Assembly: GCA_049700835.1 (NCBI GenBank)
Contig: JBNAUL010000002.1
Span: forward strand, 142,129 to 206,128
DNA: 64,000 nucleotides
Direction: 5' to 3'
DNA from: Candidatus Woesearchaeota archaeon
Lineage (GTDB): Archaea > Nanobdellota > Nanobdellia > Woesearchaeales > WAPY01
In this document: positions 38,797 to 47,710 of the stretch, piece by piece
Numbering within the stretch: the stretch's first letter is position 1
Layout of the letters: each line of letters begins with the position of its first letter
Program-made: the position numbers and the translations under genes
The notes under the pieces: model-generated
Databases searched by the model: none
What the model saw: the letters and a program-made list of their open reading frames with translations, nothing else
What the model was told of the DNA's origin: nothing

Positions 38797-40287
38797 ATGG
38801 CAAAATCAGCAAATACAAAGGAAAACAAGGATGATGATTCTGAAAATGAATTAGAACTTCCAAAATCCATAACAGCTAAAAAGGGTTCTGATTTTTCAAG
38901 GTGGTTCAACCAAGTGCTTTCTGTTTCAGGAATAATTGACAAAAGATACAATGTAAAGGGATGTTTTGTTTGGCTTAATTATGGATATGAAATAATGCTC
39001 AACATAAAGAAAATTTGGGATTCACTGCTCAAAGAGAATGATTACAAAGAACTCTATTTTCCTCAATTAGTCCCTCTTGAGTATGCAAAAATAAATGAAA
39101 AATGGTGGAACAGTTTCAAAAAACAGGCATTCTTTGTTACTGTTCCCAAAGAAAGAGAACCAAGCTATATTCTAAGGCCTACAGGAGAGCCTGCGATGTA
39201 TCCAATGTTCAAACTTTGGATTCGCTCATACAATGATTTGCCTATAAGAATTTATGAAACAGTCAGCAGTTTTCGCTATGAAACAAAACACACAAGGCCC
39301 TTGATCAGGGACAGGGAGATAACTGTTTGGCATGAGATACACACAGCTCACGCAACAATGGAAGAAGCGTCAGAAGAACTCAAAATTCATATGAAGATAT
39401 GGGATGAAATATGGAATGAACTTTGTTTAACACCTTTAAAAGTTGAAAAGCCGATATGGGAGTGTTTTCCAGGAGCGCTTGGCGCTGTTGAGTATTATTC
39501 ATTAATGCCTTCTGGAAAAATCATGGAAAACGGTTCATGCAATAATCTTGGACAAGCTTATGCCAAGAAATTTGACATAAAATTCAAAAGAGCAGATGGC
39601 ACAGAGGACTATGCATGGATGACATGCACTGGAAATGGCGCAAGATTGTTGGCAGCGGTTATAGGAGTTCATGGAGATGACAATGGCTTGATACTCCCCC
39701 CAAAAATTGCTCCAATACAAGTTGTAATCGTTCCAATATTTGACGATAAAAACAAGAATGAGATTATTGAGAAATCAAAGCAGTTGCTTAAAAAATTGAA
39801 GGATAACAGAATAAGAGCCTTTTTGGATGAAAGCCAAGATTCTGTTGGTTCAAAGTTCTACAATTGGGAGATAAAAGGAGTTCCATTGAGAATAGAGCTT
39901 GGCGTTAGAGAGTTCTCCCAAAACAAATTTTGCATTGCAAGAAGGGACTTGAAAAAAAGAGAACTGTTTAACATGGAAGATGTTCTGTCTGTTGTAAATA
40001 AAAAACTCAAGGAGATTGAAGCAGAACTGCTTAACAGGAGCAAAAGTTTTTTGCAGGAGAACATTGTTTTCGCGAAAAACAAAAAAGAGGCTGTTGAAAA
40101 CCTAAAAAGGAACAAGATTGTAGAGGTTTATTGGTGCGGTTCAAGAGAGTGTTGGGACAAAATAAAGGAGTTTGGAGAAGGGATTGAACTCTTTGGTTCT
40201 GATTTGAAAAACGAAGAAAGAGAAGGAGAGTGCTTAGTTTGCCAAAAAAAGACGTACAAAACAGGTTATGTTGCAAACACCTATTAA
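38797..40287 (+). CDS. proS: prolyl-tRNA synthetase (archaeal type)
   Basis: Class II motifs (RPTGEPAMYP, FRYE...RPLIRDRE, GNGARLL) and a C-terminal zinc-binding extension ending in Y. Confidence 0.95.
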   Translation: MAKSANTKENKDDDSENELELPKSITAKKGSDFSRWFNQVLSVSGIIDKRYNVKGCFVWLNYGYEIMLNIKKIWDSLLKENDYKELYFPQLVPLEYAKINEKWWNSFKKQAFFVTVPKEREPSYILRPTGEPAMYPMFKLWIRSYNDLPIRIYETVSSFRYETKHTRPLIRDREITVWHEIHTAHATMEEASEELKIHMKIWDEIWNELCLTPLKVEKPIWECFPGALGAVEYYSLMPSGKIMENGSCNNLGQAYAKKFDIKFKRADGTEDYAWMTCTGNGARLLAAVIGVHGDDNGLILPPKIAPIQVVIVPIFDDKNKNEIIEKSKQLLKKLKDNRIRAFLDESQDSVGSKFYNWEIKGVPLRIELGVREFSQNKFCIARRDLKKRELFNMEDVLSVVNKKLKEIEAELLNRSKSFLQENIVFAKNKKEAVENLKRNKIVEVYWCGSRECWDKIKEFGEGIELFGSDLKNEEREGECLVCQKKTYKTGYVANTY

Positions 40288-40375
40288 GCGCATAAGCGCA
40301 TGCTGAGCCAAAAACAGAAAAATTAATAAGCAAGCTGCTTTTCAAAAGAGCACAAGAAAGTAAGATTAACAATTA

Positions 40376-40702
40376 ATGGATAAAAAGATGATTTGGTCTT
40401 TTTTTATTAAAGAGGAACTTGAGTTTGTTGAGATTTTTAAAACAGGGAACAAGTTTTTGACAAAGGGTTCAAAACACGAGTTCTCAATAAAAATTATACT
40501 TCTTGTAATGCTCCTGCTTCTACTCAAGATAGCTGTTCTTCCTTCTCCTTCATCGCTTCAGTTAGTCCTCTCAATCTTTTTAACAATCGCTCTTATTCTG
40601 CTTGTTTTTAAATTCTTCCAATTATTAAATACATCTGTGAAAAGGTTCTCCATATATGGAATATTCTTTATCATTCTTGTTTTAGTGATATTCATTGTTT
40701 GA
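40376..40702 (+). CDS. hypothetical membrane protein
   Basis: Hydrophobic ORF with a 4-nt overlap with the next ORF. Confidence 0.4.
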   Translation: MDKKMIWSFFIKEELEFVEIFKTGNKFLTKGSKHEFSIKIILLVMLLLLLKIAVLPSPSSLQLVLSIFLTIALILLVFKFFQLLNTSVKRFSIYGIFFIILVLVIFIV

Positions 40703-41034
40703 TGCACAAAAAATGGGAAAAATTTTATATTACCTACATTATTCTTAAATTCATGGGAAATTTTGTCTTAAAGGTCTTGGGGGTTCTTGATTTGGCAGTT
40801 GCAATAGTGCTTTCATGCAGCACTTTTCTTTCTGCAAGCATTGTAAAGCAAGCAGGAATTTATCTACTTCTAAAAGGAGTTCTTTTCTCGTTCTCAGGTG
40901 ACATCGCAAGCATTCTTGACATACTTTCTGCAATATACATTATTGTTCTGAGTTTTGGCATAAGCAGTCCTTTCATTTCAATAATTGTTTTTGTCTATCT
41001 CTTGCAAAAGGCGCTTTACAGTATTGTAACATAA
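40699..41034 (+). CDS. hypothetical membrane protein
   Basis: Three or four predicted TM segments. Confidence 0.45.
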   Translation: MMHKKWEKFYITYIILKFMGNFVLKVLGVLDLAVAIVLSCSTFLSASIVKQAGIYLLLKGVLFSFSGDIASILDILSAIYIIVLSFGISSPFISIIVFVYLLQKALYSIVT

Positions 41035-41185
41035 CATGTTAAAACATTTATGCAAAAAATCAAGATATAAAAAAATTTAAGAAAAAAGGTTTGCATTCTA
41101 ATAAATGCTTACAATAAATCTTAGATTATCTTTTAGATTATTCTTTTATCCTCTTATTTTGTTTATCCTATTTTTTGTTCTTGCT

Positions 41186-43210
41186 CTATTTTTCATTGCT
41201 TTCCTGTTCATTTTCACCATTGCTGTTAGAACCCTTTTTTCTGAACCTGCTGTTTATTATGTTCCTCAGTATGTCTCTCAATTTCTCCTTTTTGAATTCA
41301 AAACCCAAGATGTTGTTTATCTTTTTTAACTCCTCTTTAAGTTCTTCTATCTTTTTGCTGTCGTCGCAATTCAACTGAAATGTAAGCAGCGCTCCTCTCT
41401 TTGTTGTTTTGCTCTTTACAGAAGTTACATTAATCTTCCTTGAAGAAATTGCTTTAAGTATGTCAGAAAGAAGCCCAACCCTGTCAATAAAACTAACATT
41501 CAAGGTGTATTCCTCGCCCTTGTCCTCTGATTTCCATTCCAAGAGAATTGTCTGCTCCCTTGGGCTTGAAAATTGGTTGATGCAGTTCTTCTTGTGAATA
41601 GTGTATTTTCCATCTTTTGTCTTTATAGCTATAATCTCGTCTCCGTATTGAGGATTACAGCACTTTCCAAACTTTACCAAAGAGGGTTTTATCCCTTTCA
41701 AATCAAGCAGTTTAAGGAGCTGCTGTTCGCTTAGTTCTGCATTCGCTTTAATGCTCTTGTCCTCTTTTGGAATTCCAAGAGCTTTCCTTATTTTTTGTGA
41801 AGCGGTTTTTGTCTTTACGAATTTGAGCCAACTGCTTGACGGCTTTGCGTTTTTTGAGGTTATTATCTCAACAACATCCCCGCTTTCAAGCTCCTTGTCT
41901 AAGCTCACTATTTTTCCATTTACAATCGCCTTGCTGCACTTATCTCCCAAATGTGTATGAACAGCATATGCAAAATCAACAGGGGTTGAACCTTCTGGAA
42001 GTATTACCGAATCACCTTTTGGAGTGAGAACAACAATCTCGTTTTTGAACAAATCAATCTTTAAGTCCTCAAAGAATTTTTCTGCGCTCTCTGCTTCCTG
42101 AACCCAAGAGAGTATTCTCTTGAGCCAGTTTATTCTCCTATCAAAATCAGAATCCTTCTCTGTTCCTTTGTAGCGCCAATGAGCAGCAATTCCGTCCTCT
42201 GCATTGTAATGCATCTCCCAGGTTCTTATCTGAACCTCAATCGGCTTTTTTTCATAGAGCAAGGTTGTGTGGAGCGACTGGTAACCATTTGGTTTTGGAA
42301 TTGCAATGTAATCCCTGAATTCTTTCATTATTGGAATGTATTTTGAATGCAGGTAGCCAAGGATTTTGTAGCAGTCATCAACTGTCTTTGTTATTATCCT
42401 TATCGCTATCAAGTCGTGTATCTCCTCAAAGCCCTTGTTTTTAGTAATCATCTTTTTGTAAATGCTGTAAAAATTTTTGGCTCTTCCAAACACCTCTACT
42501 TCATACCCATTTTCTGAAAGTTCCTTCTTAAACTTGTCAACAATTTCCTTTACTTCTGCTTCCCTTTCTTCTCTTTTCTTTCCAATCTTTTTTTTCAATT
42601 CTTCGTATGGTTCTGGATTAAGGTACTTAAAACAAAGATCTTCCATTTCTGATTTTATGTTGTACATTCCGAGCTTGTATGCTATAGGAACATAGATTTC
42701 AAGGGTTTCTTTTGCCATTTCCTTCTGCCTTTCTGGTTCTAAAAACTTTAATGTCTTTATGTTATGCAATCTGTCAGCGAGCTTTACAAGTATTACTCTG
42801 TAGTCCTTGCCTGTTGCAAGAATTATCTTTCTTATGTTCTCTGCTATGTTCTCCTCTTTGCTCAACTTCACTCGCTGTATCTTTGTAACTCCATCAACTA
42901 TCGTTGCAACATCCTCTCCAAATTCCTTCTTTATATCTTCTATCTTTACAGCAGTGTCTTCAACGCAGTCGTGAAGCAGGGCTGCAACTATTGTTTGCGT
43001 GTCGCATCTTAATTCAGAGAGAATATAAGCTACCTCTGTAAGGTGTATGAAATACGGCTCTCCTGATTTTCTAAGCTGCCTCTCATGCTTCTTTTTTGCA
43101 AAATCGTATGCCTTGCTTATCAGCTGAAAGTCGAGTTTTGGATTGAGCTCTTTAATGCTTTTCAGAAATTCCTCTTTGCTCATTTCCTTTGTGACTTCTG
43201 CGTAGGACAT
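41186..43210 (-). CDS. long RelA/SpoT homologue (HD hydrolase, (p)ppGpp synthetase, TGS and ACT domains)
   Basis: HD domain: HERQLRKSGEPYFIHL...LLHDCVEDT. Synthetase: RAKNFYSIYKKM...HDLIAIRII...GYQSLHTTL. TGS: VLTPKGDSVILPEGSTPVDFAYAVH. ACT: VSFIDRVGLLSDILKAIS. Confidence 0.93.
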   Translation of the reverse strand: MSYAEVTKEMSKEEFLKSIKELNPKLDFQLISKAYDFAKKKHERQLRKSGEPYFIHLTEVAYILSELRCDTQTIVAALLHDCVEDTAVKIEDIKKEFGEDVATIVDGVTKIQRVKLSKEENIAENIRKIILATGKDYRVILVKLADRLHNIKTLKFLEPERQKEMAKETLEIYVPIAYKLGMYNIKSEMEDLCFKYLNPEPYEELKKKIGKKREEREAEVKEIVDKFKKELSENGYEVEVFGRAKNFYSIYKKMITKNKGFEEIHDLIAIRIITKTVDDCYKILGYLHSKYIPIMKEFRDYIAIPKPNGYQSLHTTLLYEKKPIEVQIRTWEMHYNAEDGIAAHWRYKGTEKDSDFDRRINWLKRILSWVQEAESAEKFFEDLKIDLFKNEIVVLTPKGDSVILPEGSTPVDFAYAVHTHLGDKCSKAIVNGKIVSLDKELESGDVVEIITSKNAKPSSSWLKFVKTKTASQKIRKALGIPKEDKSIKANAELSEQQLLKLLDLKGIKPSLVKFGKCCNPQYGDEIIAIKTKDGKYTIHKKNCINQFSSPREQTILLEWKSEDKGEEYTLNVSFIDRVGLLSDILKAISSRKINVTSVKSKTTKRGALLTFQLNCDDSKKIEELKEELKKINNILGFEFKKEKLRDILRNIINSRFRKKGSNSNGENEQESNEK

Positions 43211-43297
43211 ATTAATACAATGTTTATTCTATTATTAAAAACTTTTGATTCTACAGGAAAAAATAAAACGAGAATGCTTGAAGTTTGAGAAATTAAA

Positions 43298-43426
43298 TCC
43301 CCGCCCCCGGACTCGAACCAGGAACCTTCCGGTTTCAACGACCAGCTGTCCTGCTTTCATTCCTTCAAATTATGAGCGTCTGCAAGAATCTACAGCCGGA
43401 CGCTCTAACCATTGAGCTAGGCGGGG
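43298..43426 (-). tRNA. tRNA-Tyr (anticodon GUA) with 56-nt intron at 37/38
   Basis: Acceptor CCCCGCC/GGCGGGG (a C1-G72 pair, typical of archaeal tRNA-Tyr), D stem GCTC/GAGC, anticodon arm TCCGG-CTGTAG[56 nt]A-CCGGA, T arm CCTGG-TTCGAGT-CCGGG. Confidence 0.85.
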
Positions 43427-43527
43427 TTTGCCTTTGCTAATTAAAAGCAAGATTCTCAATAAAAAGTAGTAGAAAACCCTTTATTTATAAAGTTTGTCAT
43501 ATTTTGAAATTTTAAATCATCACGCAT

Positions 43528-43558
43528 CAGCAAAAAAACAAAAAATTTATAAATAGGA
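43528..43558 (+). promoter_or_regulatory. strong consensus promoter (A-rich 18-mer plus TTTATAAATAGGA)
   Basis: The 18-mer is identical to the one upstream of proS. By analogy with proS the TSS is predicted near 43576. Confidence 0.45.
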
Positions 43559-43580
43559 TCTATTGCCTAATTTTGATGGC

Positions 43581-43668
43581 ATGGCAATCTTTCTTAGTCG
43601 TAAAAAGTAGTGACTGATACTTTTAACTCCGAGAATAAAATACGGTTTTTAAGACGAGAGATTGCCAT
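43581..43668 (+). ncRNA. candidate structured RNA or leader: ~23-bp imperfect hairpin with 39-nt apical region
   Basis: ATGGCAATCTTTC(TTA)GTCGTAAAAA pairs with TTTTTAAGAC-GAGAGATTGCCAT. It begins ~5 nt after the predicted TSS and lies ~60 nt upstream of tRNA-Asp. Confidence 0.3.
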
Positions 43669-43728
43669 AAAGCTTGAAAATATGGAAAAGAAGAATAATA
43701 ATACAAAAATCGCAAAAAACTCCTTAAA

Positions 43729-43823
43729 GCCCCGGTGGTGTAGCGGTTTATCATAGAGCCCTGTCGAGGCTCTGACCCGGGTTCGAGAAAGAAAAAGAAA
43801 ATTCGGAAATCCCGGCCGGGGCG
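43729..43823 (+). tRNA. tRNA-Asp (anticodon GUC) with ~22-nt intron inside the T-loop
   Basis: Acceptor GCCCCGG/CCGGGGC, anticodon arm GAGCC-CTGTCGA-GGCTC. The perfect T stem CCGGG/CCCGG encloses 29 nt instead of 7 (TTCGA[GAAAGAAAAAGAAAATTCGGAA]AT). Confidence 0.8.
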
Positions 43824-43835
43824 TCCATTTCATGC

Positions 43836-43949
43836 GGGCCGGTAGCTCAGCCTGGAAGCTTTTAAAAAAAGCTGGGCAACAGAGCATCGGACTTTTAATC
43901 CGGTGGTCGCGAGTTCGAAAAATCAATTTTGAAAATCTCGTCCGGCCCG
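43836..43949 (+). tRNA. tRNA-Lys (anticodon UUU) with two introns (D-loop ~21-25 nt, T-loop ~16 nt)
   Basis: Acceptor GGGCCGG/CCGGCCC. D stem GCTC/GAGC encloses 33 nt. Anticodon arm TCGGA-CTTTTAA-TCCGG. T stem GCGAG/CTCGT encloses 23 nt. Confidence 0.75.
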
Positions 43950-44038
43950 TTCAAAATTTAAAATGCAAAACACAAAAAAAGAGTGGAATTGGAATTCGTT
44001 TTTTCTATATTTAAAAAACAAGAGGGATTGTGATTAAA

Positions 44039-44269
44039 ATGAAAACCATAAAGCATGAATTAGTTCCTGAACACATAAAAGTCTCTGAGAGCGAGAAGAA
44101 AGAATTGTTGGAAAAGTATAAGATTTCTTTGAACGAACTTCCAAGAATATTGAAGAACGACCCTGCCATAGCTCACCTGAATGTAAAGGAAGGTGATGTT
44201 ATAAAAATAATAAGAAAAAGCGAGTCTGCAGGGCAGTCAGTTTACTATAGGGTGGTTGTTTATGAGTAA
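44039..44269 (+). CDS. rpoH: DNA-directed RNA polymerase subunit H (Rpb5 homologue)
   Basis: [39 protein letters not shown]...[22 protein letters not shown]. Confidence 0.93.
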   Translation: MKTIKHELVPEHIKVSESEKKELLEKYKISLNELPRILKNDPAIAHLNVKEGDVIKIIRKSESAGQSVYYRVVVYE

Positions 44270-45761
44270 GATGCACAATGTTTTGTTGAAAAAAATTTTT
44301 GAAGAAGAATCATTTACAAAGTCAGACATAGAATCTTTCAACAATTTCATTGATTACGAGCTTAATGAGATAATAAAAGAAGAGCAAAACATTGAACCAA
44401 CAATAATACCTCATAACCTTGAAAGCTTCAAGATAAGGTTTGACAAAATCTCTGTCTCAAAGCCAGAGTTGATAGAGGCTGACGGTTCAAAGCGAATGCT
44501 CTATCCCATGGAAGCAAGGTTGAGAAAGATTACATATGCAGCTCCAATATATTTGACAGTCAGCGCCCATGCAAATGGTGTTCAGAGGGAATCCATAAAG
44601 GTAGTCATAGGAAACCTTCCAATAATGCTAAAATCAAAGTACTGCCACCTATACAATCTCAGTGAAGAAAAACTTATTGAGGTTGGGGAAGACCCAAAAG
44701 ACACAGGAGGTTATTTCATAATAAACGGCAGCGAAAAGGTTCTTGTGAAAATAGAAGATTTAGCATCAAACAAATTTGTAGTTACAAAAATAACAACAGG
44801 AACCGCAAGGTATGTTGGAAAAATATTCTCAGAAAGGGGCTCTTTCAAGATTCCGCACACTGTTGAAAAATTCAAGGATGGAATATTCTACTTGAGTTTC
44901 ACAAGGGTGAACAGGGTGCCGATGATTTTAATAATAAAAGCATTGGGGCTTACAAACGATCAACAGATAATGCACTTTGTTAGTTCTGAAGAGCAGTTTG
45001 ATGAGGTAATGGTTAATCTATACGAATTTTCCGACATAAAAACAAGGGAAGATGCTTTGGATTTCATAGCAAAGAAGATTGGAATAACCCAAACAAGGGA
45101 CTTGAGAATACAAAGAACAGAAGAAATTCTAGACAAGTATCTCCTGCCTAATGTAGGCACAAGTCCAAAAGAAAGGATTTACAAAGCATACAACCTTTGC
45201 AAGTTTTTAAGAAGATACATATTGATTTCAAGGGGTTCTGTTCCAGAGGACGACAAGGACCATTATGCAAACAAAAGAGTAAAGATGAGCGGTGATCTGT
45301 TGGCAGAGCTCTTCAGGGTTAATTTCAGGGTTTTAACAAACGACATGCTCTACAATTTCCAAAGGATAGTAAAGCGTGGAAAGATACCTTCCTTAAAGGT
45401 TATTATAAGAGAAAAATTATTGACCCAAAGAATTTATAGTTCTCTAGCAACAGGGGTTTGGGTGGCTGGAAGAAAAGGAATATCTCAAAGAATTCAGAGG
45501 CTAAATTTCTTGGAGACCATGTCGCACCTGCAGAGGGTTGTGAGCCTGCTAAGTTCTGCACAGGAGAACTTTGAGGCAAGAGAACTTCATCCAACCCACT
45601 TGGGAAGATTATGCCCGATAGAAACTCCAGAGGGAACCAACATAGGATTAAAGAAAAACCTTGCTTTGCTGTCCTCAATCACAAGCGAACATGTTGATGA
45701 GAAAGAATTGCTGAAAAAATTAAAGGAAATAAGATTAAAGACAATAGATGAAGAAGAATAA
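44262..45761 (+). CDS. rpoB2: DNA-directed RNA polymerase subunit B'' (N-terminal half of split RpoB)
   Basis: Overlaps the rpoH stop. Ends with ...[27 protein letters not shown]; 499 aa from ATG 44262. Confidence 0.95.
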   Translation: MSKMHNVLLKKIFEEESFTKSDIESFNNFIDYELNEIIKEEQNIEPTIIPHNLESFKIRFDKISVSKPELIEADGSKRMLYPMEARLRKITYAAPIYLTVSAHANGVQRESIKVVIGNLPIMLKSKYCHLYNLSEEKLIEVGEDPKDTGGYFIINGSEKVLVKIEDLASNKFVVTKITTGTARYVGKIFSERGSFKIPHTVEKFKDGIFYLSFTRVNRVPMILIIKALGLTNDQQIMHFVSSEEQFDEVMVNLYEFSDIKTREDALDFIAKKIGITQTRDLRIQRTEEILDKYLLPNVGTSPKERIYKAYNLCKFLRRYILISRGSVPEDDKDHYANKRVKMSGDLLAELFRVNFRVLTNDMLYNFQRIVKRGKIPSLKVIIREKLLTQRIYSSLATGVWVAGRKGISQRIQRLNFLETMSHLQRVVSLLSSAQENFEARELHPTHLGRLCPIETPEGTNIGLKKNLALLSSITSEHVDEKELLKKLKEIRLKTIDEEE

Positions 45762-45818
45762 AAATCTTGTTAAAAATCATGCTCAAAAAATCAAAATTGA
45801 TTGTTAGAAGGTGAAAGA

Positions 45819-47621
45819 ATGGCGGATGTTTTTTTTAATGGAAAAATAATTGGTTATGTTGATAATCCAAAGGAATTTGTTGAAAATTTTAAAAATAAGA
45901 GAAGGCACAATGAGATTGAGAACTTCATAAACATAAGCTATGACGAAAAGACAAACGACATACACATAGAAGCAAGTTCTGGAAGATTGAGAAGGCCTCT
46001 GATCATTGTCAAAGAAGGAAAACCATTGCTTACAGAAAAGCATGTTGAAATGCTGATGAACAATGAACTGAAGTGGAGCGATTTGGTAAATCAGGGTATA
46101 GTTGAATACCTTGATGCAGAAGAAGAGGAAAACGCTTTGGTTGCATTTTCTGTTGAAGAAATAACTCCAGAACACACGCATTTGGAAGTCTCTCCAATAG
46201 CGCTTTTCAGTTTATGCACTTCATTGGTGCCATTCTCAAATTACACTCAAAGCGCAAGGTTAAACATTGGTTCAAAAAACCAAAAACAGGCAATAGGGAT
46301 ATACATATCAAATTATCCGTTAAGAATGGATATGGATGTGAACATACTCTACTATCCCCAAGTTCCTATTGTTAAGACAATAATGCATGATTTGTCAAAG
46401 TACGAGAACCATCCTGCTGGACAGAATGTTGTGCTGGCAGTTATGAGTTACAAAGGTTACAATATGGAAGACGCTTTTATAATCAACAGAAATTCAATAG
46501 ATATGGGACTTGGAAGGAGCGTTTATTACAGGCCTGTGATTGCAGAAGAACTTAGATATCCAGGCGGATTAACTGACGAAATTACTATTCCTGACAAGGA
46601 TGTTAAGGGCTACAGGTCAGAGCATGATTACAGATACTTGGAGAGCGATGGAATAATATATCCTGAAGCAAAGGTTGGCGAGGGAGACGTTTTAATTGGA
46701 AAGGTAAGCCCACCGAGATTCCTCGGCGGTCTTGAAGATTATAGTTTGACATCAGGAGTTAAGAGAGAAAGCTCTGTTGCTCTTAAACACGGAGAGGAAG
46801 GCATTGTTGATTCTGTAATCATAACAGAAAATTCAGAAGGGAACAAGCTCGTTCAGGTAAAAATAAGAAATCCAATGATTCCAGAGATAGGAGATAAATT
46901 TACAAGCAGACACGGACAAAAGGGGGTTATCGGTTTAATAGTGGATCCAAGTGATATGCCTTTCACAGCATCAGGAATAATCCCTGACATAATATTTTCT
47001 CCTCACAGCATTCCAACAAGAATGACCGTTGCACAATTATTAGAACTTCTTGGAGGCAAAGTCGGGGCTCTTGCAGGAAGGCATATTGATGCAACAGCAT
47101 TTAGCTCTGAGAGAGAAGAGGACTTGAAGAGCCAACTCTTGGATCTAGGTTTCAGGGACAATGGAACAGAAACGATGTACAATGGAGAGACAGGAGAGAT
47201 GTTTAAGGTAAGGATTTTTGTTGGAAACATTTATTATCTCAGATTAAAGCACTTGGTTGCTAACAAACTTCATGCAAGAGCAAGAGGTCCTGTTCAACTG
47301 CTGACAAGGCAACCAACAGAGGGAAGGGCCAAAGAAGGAGGGCTAAGATTGGGAGAGATGGAAAAGGACTGCTTTGTAGCTCATGGAACATCCCTTCTTT
47401 TAAAGGAAAGGTTTGATTCTGACAAAATAGTAATTCCTGTTTGCGAGAAGTGCGGCTTGATAGCAATAGAGGACTTTTACAAAAAAACAAATTACTGCCC
47501 TGTATGCGGAGAGGACTCAAAGGTAAGTTTCATAGAGATGAGCTATGCCTTCAAGCTCTTAACAGACGAATTGAAATCAATGGGAGTTTATCCAAGATTT
47601 GTGCTAAAAACAAAATACTAA
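45819..47621 (+). CDS. rpoB1: DNA-directed RNA polymerase subunit B' (C-terminal half of split RpoB)
   Basis: GYNMEDA, SRHGQKGV, GEMEKDC and a C-terminal Zn ribbon CEKCG...CPVCG. GAAGGTGA SD before ATG 45819. Confidence 0.96.
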   Translation: MADVFFNGKIIGYVDNPKEFVENFKNKRRHNEIENFINISYDEKTNDIHIEASSGRLRRPLIIVKEGKPLLTEKHVEMLMNNELKWSDLVNQGIVEYLDAEEEENALVAFSVEEITPEHTHLEVSPIALFSLCTSLVPFSNYTQSARLNIGSKNQKQAIGIYISNYPLRMDMDVNILYYPQVPIVKTIMHDLSKYENHPAGQNVVLAVMSYKGYNMEDAFIINRNSIDMGLGRSVYYRPVIAEELRYPGGLTDEITIPDKDVKGYRSEHDYRYLESDGIIYPEAKVGEGDVLIGKVSPPRFLGGLEDYSLTSGVKRESSVALKHGEEGIVDSVIITENSEGNKLVQVKIRNPMIPEIGDKFTSRHGQKGVIGLIVDPSDMPFTASGIIPDIIFSPHSIPTRMTVAQLLELLGGKVGALAGRHIDATAFSSEREEDLKSQLLDLGFRDNGTETMYNGETGEMFKVRIFVGNIYYLRLKHLVANKLHARARGPVQLLTRQPTEGRAKEGGLRLGEMEKDCFVAHGTSLLLKERFDSDKIVIPVCEKCGLIAIEDFYKKTNYCPVCGEDSKVSFIEMSYAFKLLTDELKSMGVYPRFVLKTKY

Positions 47622-47710
47622 ATTAATGCTCAACAACTGAAAAATAATTTAAACAAGAATTCAAAAAATGATTAAAAAATAATTTAAGAAAAGTTAGAGG
47701 GGTAGAAAAA

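Noticed and set aside
43571-43668. C/D-box or H/ACA identity for the hairpin RNA (TGATGG near the 5' end, an internal CTGA).
   Set aside because: There is no D box (CUGA) near the 3' end and no terminal C/D kink-turn arrangement. There is no ACA immediately 3' of the stem (AAAGC follows), and the stem is too long and uninterrupted for a pseudouridylation pocket.
43594-44014. ORFs of 110 aa (minus strand) and 60 aa (plus strand) spanning the tRNA-Asp/tRNA-Lys region.
   Set aside because: They are read straight through two well-formed tRNA genes, and the GC-rich tRNA sequence simply lacks stops.
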